64,000 bases of DNA from Bacteroidia bacterium (GTDB lineage Bacteria > Bacteroidota > Bacteroidia > UKL13-3). The stretch covers positions 8,828 to 72,827 of the forward strand of contig JAIOYZ010000019.1 in assembly GCA_021740845.1 (NCBI GenBank). Direction: 5' to 3'. The number at the start of each line of letters is the position of its first letter. Within the stretch, counting starts at the first letter, position 1. The notes under the pieces were generated by a model. It worked only from the letters and a program-made list of their open reading frames with translations. It searched no databases and was not told the DNA's origin. Made by a program: the position numbers and the translations under genes. Below, piece after piece: positions 21,199 through 28,868 of this stretch.

Positions 21199-22155
21199 AT
21201 GAAAAAAATGTTCCTAAAACTAGGTGCTGCGGCACTTTGCTTAATTGCACTTCAGGCAAAAGCACAAACAACTTCAACTTTTGAAGACTATACTTTATCA
21301 CCAAACAGCTATTATAATGGAGATGATTTTAAGGGTGGATTTAAGAGTGGAGATGCCCTTTTTACAAATATGCATGATTCTACATTTGGGCCTTATTGGG
21401 AAGGATTTTCGGTAAGCAATATGAAGGACGATTCTACATCTGGATATTTGAACCAATACAGTTCAATTACTGGAGGAGGATATCAATCTGAAAACTACGG
21501 AATCTTTTATGCGCAAGGAACGATTAAATTAGAAGGGGCGGCCCTTGGAAAAACCGTAAGTGGATTTTATATCACCAATGGAACGTATGCCTATTTTGAC
21601 ATGAAAGAAGGCAGTACATTTTCTAAGAAATTTGGAGGAAGTACTGGCAACGACCCCGATTATTTGCGAATAGTAATAAGCGCTTGGAAAGACTCTGGAA
21701 ATGCCGCAGATACTAGCATTGATGTTTATTTAGCAGATTATAGAAACAGTGATAATAGCAAAGATTTTATTTTAAAAGATTGGCAGTGGGTAGATTTAAA
21801 ATCATTTGGAGCTGTAGATAGTTTTGGTTTTTATTTTGAATCGAGTGATACAGGTGATTTTGGAATTAATACACCACGCTATTTCTGTATAGATAATTTT
21901 AACGGAACACCAACAGGATTGGTAAAAAACAAGGAAGAAATTAGGTTTACTATTTATCCAAATCCAGCTAAAGATATATTGGAAATTGCTAGTGAAAAAT
22001 CATTTGATAAAGCACGCATTTTTGATTTAAAAGGAAGTGTACTTTTAGAAACCAATACAAACAAATTGGATGTTTCCATTCTACCAAGTGGCATGTATAT
22101 TCTGCGCATAGAAAGCAACTTGGGAGTTAGCCAGAAGAAATTTATTAAAGAATAA
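21199..22155 (+). CDS. DUF4465 (BtuJ-like) protein with a T9SS type A sorting domain
   Basis: WEGFSVSN, NQYSSITGGG, N.TYAY..M.EG..FSKKFGG, YLADYR, WQWVDL, SSD.GDFG.NTP.YFCIDN; C-terminus IYPNPA...IFDLKG...LPSGMYILRI...KKFIKE. Confidence 0.85.
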   Translation: MKKMFLKLGAAALCLIALQAKAQTTSTFEDYTLSPNSYYNGDDFKGGFKSGDALFTNMHDSTFGPYWEGFSVSNMKDDSTSGYLNQYSSITGGGYQSENYGIFYAQGTIKLEGAALGKTVSGFYITNGTYAYFDMKEGSTFSKKFGGSTGNDPDYLRIVISAWKDSGNAADTSIDVYLADYRNSDNSKDFILKDWQWVDLKSFGAVDSFGFYFESSDTGDFGINTPRYFCIDNFNGTPTGLVKNKEEIRFTIYPNPAKDILEIASEKSFDKARIFDLKGSVLLETNTNKLDVSILPSGMYILRIESNLGVSQKKFIKE

Positions 22156-22160
22156 TTTGC

Positions 22161-23222
22161 ATGTTGAAAATACCTAGCATTCGCCAATTTATTAAAATTA
22201 GAAATCTTGCTTTAATAGCAGGATTTCTAATCTTTAATTCTTCCTGTGAGAAAAAGAATATTGCACCCAAAAATGAAGTGCAAATTACAGACACCACAGC
22301 CAAAGGTTTCTTTATTTGTTACGAAGGAAATTTTCAATGGGGAAATGCAGATTTGGGATTTTACGATACACAGAAAAATATTCTTCACGACAATATTTAT
22401 AAGGAAAGCAATGGCAAACAATTGGGAGATATTTTACAATCGATGGTGATTGAAAATGATATTGCTTATTTGGTAGTAAACAACTCGCAAAAAATTGAGC
22501 TGATGGATGCAAAAACTTATACAAGTTTGGGCAGCATTTCTGGTTTTAATTCTCCAAGATTTTTATTGCCTCTTGGTTCAAACAAAGCTTACGTGAGTGA
22601 TTTGTATGAAAATGCGGTATGGGTTGTAGATTTAAGCTTAAGGCAAATTACCAAGAAGATTGCTATTAAAGGATGGACAGAAGAAATGGTAGTGCATAAT
22701 AATCTTGTTTATGTTTGTGGCCTAGGCTCCAATTATGTATATGTTTTGGATGCGCAAATAGATGCTTTAGTAGACAGTATTTATATTGGTTATGGAGCCC
22801 AAAATATGGTATTGGATCAAAACGAAAATATATGGGTTTTAACCAAAGGAGAAAAACCAATACCAGCACAAATGCATTGCATAAAACCAGGAAAAGGAAT
22901 TGAAAAAACCATTAATTTTAATGCCAATGAAACCCCTACCCGATTGGTTTGTAATGGAAATAAAACCAAACTTTTTTGGATTAATAAGGATATTTATTCG
23001 ATGGGAATAAATGAAACTAGTATGCCAGTTTCTTCATTTTATGCGGCACAAGGAAAGAACTTTTATGCTATGGGATTTTTGCCAAAACAAAATCAATTAG
23101 TGGTTTCTGATGCAAAAGATTTTGTACAGAAAAGTGATGTATTTGTGATAGATAGTTTGGGAAATAAGGTATTACAAATGAAAGCTGGAATTAATGTTGG
23201 GTACTTTTTAGCAAACGATTAA
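22161..23222 (+). CDS. YncE/DUF5074-type beta-propeller lipoprotein, BtuG-like
   Basis: Lipobox NSSC; EGNF..GNA, NG..LGD.LQSM, YLVVNNS.KI, SPR, KAYVSDL, SDAKDF motifs; in the B12 operon. Confidence 0.82.
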   Translation: MLKIPSIRQFIKIRNLALIAGFLIFNSSCEKKNIAPKNEVQITDTTAKGFFICYEGNFQWGNADLGFYDTQKNILHDNIYKESNGKQLGDILQSMVIENDIAYLVVNNSQKIELMDAKTYTSLGSISGFNSPRFLLPLGSNKAYVSDLYENAVWVVDLSLRQITKKIAIKGWTEEMVVHNNLVYVCGLGSNYVYVLDAQIDALVDSIYIGYGAQNMVLDQNENIWVLTKGEKPIPAQMHCIKPGKGIEKTINFNANETPTRLVCNGNKTKLFWINKDIYSMGINETSMPVSSFYAAQGKNFYAMGFLPKQNQLVVSDAKDFVQKSDVFVIDSLGNKVLQMKAGINVGYFLAND

Positions 23223-23396
23223 ATGGAAAAAGAATCAAACAAAAACAGTTTTAATAACACAAAAAAGGAATTGAGTAAGGATGAACTCTATTATTATGAA
23301 AATGGCTTCTTAGTATTTAAGGAAGCATTTCATTTACAAAGAGGATATTGCTGCGGTAATGGATGCAGACATTGCCCTTACAAAAAGAAAAACTGA
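23223..23396 (+). CDS. DUF5522-like cysteine-rich small protein (57 aa)
   Basis: Below the ORF-track cutoff. Translation MEKESNK...YYYENGFLVFKEAFHLQRGYCCGNGCRHCPYKKKN; ATG directly follows the upstream stop. Confidence 0.85.
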   Translation: MEKESNKNSFNNTKKELSKDELYYYENGFLVFKEAFHLQRGYCCGNGCRHCPYKKKN

Positions 23397-23401
23397 TTTT
23401 A

Positions 23402-24649
23402 TTATTCTGCTATTTTTGCCAAGGTGTTTTTAGCAAATTTTTCAATGCTTAAGCCTTGAACCAAAATACTAAACACCACGCACACATAGGTAGCTAACAT
23501 TAAAATTTCTTTGGATTGGCTTGGTGGCAGCGACAATACTAAAGCAATAGACAAACCGCCGCGCAAGCCACCCCAGACAATTATTTTGGCCTCACTTTTA
23601 TTCAAGCTGGTACGTTTTGGAAAAAGTTTTTGGGGCACAAATACAATCAATAAACGGGAAAGAAAAACGATAAGAATACTAATTAAACTCAATAAGAAAT
23701 AATTGGGTGTAAATTGAATTTCAATGAGCACAAAAGCGATTATGATAAATAAGATTCCATTGAGAATAACATCCGCCAATTCCCAAAATTTGTGAACATA
23801 CTCTCGTGTGATATCACTCATGGCATTTTCTGTTTTGTAATTGCCCACCATCAAACCCATAATCACCATTGCCAATGCGCCAGAAAGATGAAAGAAGGCG
23901 CATAATTCATATCCACCCATTACAAAGGCTAAAGTCAACAAAACCTCCGCTTCGTAATTGTCTATAGACTTTAATAATCTGAATAAAATAAAGCCTAGGA
24001 TCAAACCAAAAAACACACCACCAACAGCCTCTTGGATAAATAATTCACCAAAATGTTTTAAATCTATTTCGTTGCCACCCAATTTCAAAGTATCTAAAAG
24101 AGCAATGAAAATTACAACGCCAATACCATCATTAAACAAAGACTCACCTACAATGATGGATTCAATTTTCCTAGGCACACCTGCTTTACTAAAAATACCT
24201 AAAACAGCAATTGGATCGGTAGGTGAAATTAGGGCACCAAAAATAAAGCAATAGATTAAATCCATTTGAATGTTTAGTAGAATGCTAATGCCATAAAACA
24301 TTCCACCAATTAAAAGTGTAGAAAAGATAACTCCACTAATTGCTAAGGCAGAGATGGTTTTTAGTTCTTTTTTTATGTTTCCCCAATCGGTATGTAAGGA
24401 ACCTGCAAAGAGTAAAAAACCTAGCATCATATCTAAAATTAATCCGCTGATATCTGTCTTTTCTACCAAAATGGAAATGCGAGAATAATACTGAACACCC
24501 CAAATTTTACTGATTATTACGAGGAGGGATAAAAGGCTAGAAAGAAAAAACAAGCCAATTACAAACGGCATTTTAATAAACCGGTGATTGATATAGGCAA
24601 AGGCTGCCGACATACAAATAAGAATAACTAATAAAGAATAACTACCCAT
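23402..24649 (-). CDS. Na+/H+ antiporter, CPA1/NhaP family
   Basis: FLLFAGSLH, GALISPTDPIAV, GESLFNDG, WGGLRGGLSIAL, SILVQGL. Confidence 0.92.
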   Translation of the reverse strand: MGSYSLLVILICMSAAFAYINHRFIKMPFVIGLFFLSSLLSLLVIISKIWGVQYYSRISILVEKTDISGLILDMMLGFLLFAGSLHTDWGNIKKELKTISALAISGVIFSTLLIGGMFYGISILLNIQMDLIYCFIFGALISPTDPIAVLGIFSKAGVPRKIESIIVGESLFNDGIGVVIFIALLDTLKLGGNEIDLKHFGELFIQEAVGGVFFGLILGFILFRLLKSIDNYEAEVLLTLAFVMGGYELCAFFHLSGALAMVIMGLMVGNYKTENAMSDITREYVHKFWELADVILNGILFIIIAFVLIEIQFTPNYFLLSLISILIVFLSRLLIVFVPQKLFPKRTSLNKSEAKIIVWGGLRGGLSIALVLSLPPSQSKEILMLATYVCVVFSILVQGLSIEKFAKNTLAKIAE

Positions 24650-24764
24650 AAAATAAAGCTATAAACAAGGTAAATATAGGTAATTTGATTCAAGGTAATT
24701 TTTTTAGGTTTGAACCAAAAGAGGAGGAAGTAACTAGTGAAGGAACGAAAACATATTTTGGCGA

Positions 24765-25919
24765 TTAAAACGCCTCCGACATTGTGAAGTAAAGACCTTT
24801 GATTCCCTTTTCACCAAAACCTAAATCCAAGCGCATATTGATGTGCTCTTTTCTTACAGCCATTGCTCTAAAGCCAAAGCCATAATTGGGTTTAAAAGTA
24901 GAAAACAAATCTTTTGCATCTTCGCCTACATTTCCTCCACCACCAAAAAAGGCCATACCAAGCGGCCCCCAAATGGTTTTTCGCAATTCCAATTGAAAGG
25001 CAATCATATGGTGTTCGCGGTAACGACCATTATAATAACCACGCATGATCATTTCATTTCCCATGGTACCCATTTGTCGGTAAGGAACATCACCCCAGTT
25101 TAAGTTTGAATACAGTTGACCCGCCAAAACATTGTCTTTCCAAAGGGTGTGGTATTTTCTCAAATCAAAAGTAAGGTTAGTAAAATTGCTTTGACTCCAA
25201 GCTTTGGAATAGGCATAAGTAGAAATCTCTAAGTAGACCCCATTTTTTGGATAATAAATATGGGAACGATTATCAAAAGCCAAGGCCAATCCTAATCCCA
25301 AAGATTCGTAGCCATTTATTCCTTTAACCCCACTAGTTGGAGCCTCACTGGTATCACTAAATTTTAGCTCATACAATCGCTCTAGTTGCACCTGAGGACC
25401 CAAAAATAAATTAGGGAAAATCTGTTTGGTAAACCTTGCGTTGAAGCGATTTAATTTAAAATCGTACCATTCTGGTATGTTCTCTGTTTGGTTGCCAATA
25501 CCCCAATACTTCTCATTGAATTTATTGTAGATAAATTGCGCTTTGAGGTTGTATTCGTTGTTTTTGAAAAAGATATCGGCAGTGGGTCTAAAACTAAATT
25601 GTTTGTACTGGGTAAATTGGGTATTTAATCGAATTAAAGAAGGCCTAGTTATGCTATCCTTCGAAACCCTAAAAAGAGTACCTAATGACAATCCTAATTT
25701 CCAACCTGTTTCTGGCGCTAAGCCCCAGATAGGTAAAGCAAAATAATAGCGCTTTTTAGGTGCAGCAGAATCCCCTTCAATGATGCGGTAGATTCTATCC
25801 ACAAACACTTCCAATTTGCCTTTATCTTGTGCAGTTACTTTACCAGTAAAGCAGCAAAAAAAGCCAACAAATAACAGGATACGAATTGGGAGGATTTTAT
25901 TCTTTTTCAAGTTTTGCAA
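24765..25919 (-). CDS. Omp85/BamA-TamA family outer-membrane beta-barrel protein
   Basis: PETG, FDNR....YP..G, MRGYYNGRYR, YGFGFR, RLD.GFG, terminal F. Confidence 0.8.
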   Translation of the reverse strand: MQNLKKNKILPIRILLFVGFFCCFTGKVTAQDKGKLEVFVDRIYRIIEGDSAAPKKRYYFALPIWGLAPETGWKLGLSLGTLFRVSKDSITRPSLIRLNTQFTQYKQFSFRPTADIFFKNNEYNLKAQFIYNKFNEKYWGIGNQTENIPEWYDFKLNRFNARFTKQIFPNLFLGPQVQLERLYELKFSDTSEAPTSGVKGINGYESLGLGLALAFDNRSHIYYPKNGVYLEISTYAYSKAWSQSNFTNLTFDLRKYHTLWKDNVLAGQLYSNLNWGDVPYRQMGTMGNEMIMRGYYNGRYREHHMIAFQLELRKTIWGPLGMAFFGGGGNVGEDAKDLFSTFKPNYGFGFRAMAVRKEHINMRLDLGFGEKGIKGLYFTMSEAF

Positions 25920-25931
25920 ATCAAGAAAATA

Positions 25932-27482
25932 CTAAGGCAATAATCTACCATACATTCTAGGGAAAGGAATACTTTCTCTCACGTGTGGAAGTTTACATAA
26001 CCAGGTTACCAAACGCTCAAGACCTAAACCAAAACCAGCATGTGGCACAGTTCCATATCTTCTCAAATCAAGATACCATTCAAATGCTTCCATAGGCAAT
26101 TGGTGCTCATTGATTTTTTCGATTAACATTTTCTCATCGGTTTCACGCTCACCACCACCCACAATTTCACCATAACCTTCAGGAGCTAAAACATCCACAC
26201 CTCTAGCAAACTTAGAGTTTTCTGGATCACGTTTTAAGTAGAAAGCTTTTACTTCATGTGGCCAGTTATAAACCATAATTGGCACATCAAATAAACGGGT
26301 AATTACGGTTTCATCGCTTCCACCTAAATCGTTGCCGTATTCAAAGTTACGTGCGCTGTTTAACCATTGAGGAATATTGCGTTCTTGCTCTTCTAAATCG
26401 CCAAGTTCTTGTTTTAGCTTATCTATTTGTGCTTGGTTAAATCCAATTTCGCCTTTCTTCATACCCGGCACTTTTATTTTTTCTTCGCGCTCGGTAATTT
26501 CGGTTTGAACCGATTGAATTCTGGCTTTCACTTGGCTCAACTCATTTTCTAATGAAACAATAGAATTCTGACCATTTACATCTTGTTCGCCTTTGATAAT
26601 GCGAACAGCTTCATCATAAGATAAACGAGGGAATGGCTTTACAATTTTTTTCAATATTTCGGTATCTCTACCAATGATAGCCAATTCTTTTTCGCAGGAA
26701 TCTAAAACCGCATTAACCACAAAACGTAGGAAGTTCTCAATTAAATCCATGTTATCGAAAATATCGTAGAAAGCCATCTCTGGTTCTATCATCCAGAACT
26801 CACTCAAGTGACGTCTGGTTTTAGATTTCTCAGCTCTAAACGTTGGACCAAATGTGTAAATTTTACCCAATGACATGGCCATTGCCTCACCGTATAATTG
26901 TCCGCTCTGACTTAAATAAGCAGGGTCGCCGTAGAAATCGGTTTCAAATAAATTGCTTGTACCCTCGCAGGCATTTCCAGTAAACAAAGGAGCATCCATT
27001 TGCACGAAACCTTCTTTTTGGAAAAACTCATGGATGGAGAAAATTATTCGGTTACGAATGCGCATGATTGCCCATTGTCTTTGGCTACGTAACCACAAAT
27101 GACGCTTGTCCATTAAGAAATCAACCCCGTGTTCTTTTTTTGCAATTGGGTAATCAGCAGATGCACCAATTAGTTCGAGTCCTGTGGCTTGAATTTCAAA
27201 ACCACCCACTTGGCGTTCATCTTTCACCACTTTACCTGTAATTTTTACAGACGACTCCAAGGTAACTTTTCTAGCCTCTTCAAAAATAGCTTCACCTACA
27301 GTTTCTAAACTAATTACACATTGGCACCAACCAGTTCCATCTCTTAAGATTACAAACACCAAGCCTTTGCTTTCACGCTTGTTGCTAGCCCATCCCAATA
27401 AGGTAATTTCTTCACCTTCAAAATCACTCAAGTTTTTTATCAAATATTTTTGCACCGTACTAACTCCTATATTTTTATACAA
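25932..27482 (-). CDS. asnS: Asparagine--tRNA ligase with an internal helical insertion
   Basis: OB fold (LRDGTG), AYLSQSGQLY, GPTFRAEKSKTRRHLSEFWMIEPE, GEIVGGGERE, PHAGFGLGLER. Confidence 0.93.
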   Translation of the reverse strand: MYKNIGVSTVQKYLIKNLSDFEGEEITLLGWASNKRESKGLVFVILRDGTGWCQCVISLETVGEAIFEEARKVTLESSVKITGKVVKDERQVGGFEIQATGLELIGASADYPIAKKEHGVDFLMDKRHLWLRSQRQWAIMRIRNRIIFSIHEFFQKEGFVQMDAPLFTGNACEGTSNLFETDFYGDPAYLSQSGQLYGEAMAMSLGKIYTFGPTFRAEKSKTRRHLSEFWMIEPEMAFYDIFDNMDLIENFLRFVVNAVLDSCEKELAIIGRDTEILKKIVKPFPRLSYDEAVRIIKGEQDVNGQNSIVSLENELSQVKARIQSVQTEITEREEKIKVPGMKKGEIGFNQAQIDKLKQELGDLEEQERNIPQWLNSARNFEYGNDLGGSDETVITRLFDVPIMVYNWPHEVKAFYLKRDPENSKFARGVDVLAPEGYGEIVGGGERETDEKMLIEKINEHQLPMEAFEWYLDLRRYGTVPHAGFGLGLERLVTWLCKLPHVRESIPFPRMYGRLLP

Positions 27483-27595
27483 TAAGCTGCAAAAATAGGC
27501 ATTAGGGCTGGCAACTCAAAGAGTGCAAGGAGAAATTGTATGTTAAAAAAAGAGTAGGAATTGAAAGGTAAAAATAAAATTTATCCCCGATTATC

Positions 27596-27619
27596 TAAAG
27601 TTCCACTTTCATATTTCGG
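27596..27619 (+). repeat. 24-bp direct repeat, left copy, flanking the AAA ATPase gene
   Basis: TAAAGTTCCACTTTCATATTTCGG; 23/24 identical to 28838-28861. Confidence 0.85.
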
Positions 27620-27640
27620 CATTAATTATACCTTTGTTGT

Positions 27641-28822
27641 ATGATTACTAGAATATTAGAGCAAAAGGCAGAAAAACTACTAAAGCAATTTCCGGCAGTT
27701 GGAATTATTGGTCCGAGGCAATGCGGAAAAACCACAATAGCCAAGTTATTGCAGAAAAAGGTTGTTGGGAAGCAAGGTGTCTATTTTGATTTAGAGAGTC
27801 CAAAAGATTTTAGAAAATTTGAAAATCCGGAGTTGTTTTTAACTGCGCATCAAGACGATATGGTTATTATTGATGAGGTGCAACGCATGCCAGATTTATT
27901 TCCTTTGATGCGTTCACTAATTGATAAGAAAAGAAAACCCTCTCGTTTTTTATTGCTTGGTTCGGCCAGTCCAGAATTAGTAAAAGGGACTTCTGAATCT
28001 TTGGCAGGAAGAATTTACTATTTGGAAGCAACTCCACTCCTACTTGTTGAGTTGCCAGATAAAAGCAATACAGTTCAAAAACATTGGTTTAGGGGAGGAT
28101 TTCCAGATGCTTGGAAAGCCAAAAACGACGATTTATTTTTTAATTGGATGGATGGTTTTGCAAGAACATTTATAGAAAGAGATTTGAACCAATTATTCGG
28201 AATAAGTTTCTCACCTCAGTTAATGTTTAAATTATGGCGCATGTTGGCCCACCACCATGGAGGCATTTGGAACGCACAATCTTTTGCAAAAGGCTTAGAT
28301 GTTAGCTCCATAACAGTTAACCATTACCTAGATTATCTGCAAGGAGCATTTATGGTAAGGAAGCTACAACCCTATTTTCAAAACACATCCAAACGATTGG
28401 TAAAAAGTCCAAAGGTTTATATTAGAGACAGTGGTTTGTTGCACTATCTATTGGATATTCATCACGCAAAAAATCTACAGTACCATCCTCAATTGGGCTA
28501 CTCTTGGGAAGGATATGTGATAGAACAAATTATTAATTTATTACCCTCCACAGTTCAACCCTATTATTACAGAACTCATGATGGAGCTGAAGTAGATTTG
28601 ATATTGGTAAAAGGAATAAAACCTATAGCTAGTATTGAAATAAAATACTCAGAAACACCCAGCATTGGAAGAGGGTTTTCTGAAAGTATAAAAGAATTGA
28701 AGACAGAATTTAATTATGTGATAACAACAAGCCAAGAAAAGGAATGGCCTTTGAGCAAAAACATTACAGCTGTAGGCTTAAGAGATTTTTTAACAACAAT
28801 TCTAGGGAAGATAACAAAATAA
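27641..28822 (+). CDS. AAA_14 ATPase with DUF4143 C-terminal domain
   Basis: GPRQCGKTT, IIDEVQR, LLGSAS, ESLAGR, RGGFP, KSPKVYIRDSGL, EVDL..IEIK; TACCTTTG upstream. Confidence 0.92.
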   Translation: MITRILEQKAEKLLKQFPAVGIIGPRQCGKTTIAKLLQKKVVGKQGVYFDLESPKDFRKFENPELFLTAHQDDMVIIDEVQRMPDLFPLMRSLIDKKRKPSRFLLLGSASPELVKGTSESLAGRIYYLEATPLLLVELPDKSNTVQKHWFRGGFPDAWKAKNDDLFFNWMDGFARTFIERDLNQLFGISFSPQLMFKLWRMLAHHHGGIWNAQSFAKGLDVSSITVNHYLDYLQGAFMVRKLQPYFQNTSKRLVKSPKVYIRDSGLLHYLLDIHHAKNLQYHPQLGYSWEGYVIEQIINLLPSTVQPYYYRTHDGAEVDLILVKGIKPIASIEIKYSETPSIGRGFSESIKELKTEFNYVITTSQEKEWPLSKNITAVGLRDFLTTILGKITK

Positions 28823-28827
28823 TTAAA

Positions 28828-28862
28828 CCCGAAATATTAAAGTTGCACTTTCATATTTCGGG
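28828..28862. repeat. Palindrome containing the right copy of the 24-bp direct repeat; may also act as a terminator between convergent genes
   Basis: CCCGAAATAT-T-AAAGT-TGC-ACTTT-C-ATATTTCGGG. Confidence 0.8.
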
Positions 28863-28868
28863 AATAAT

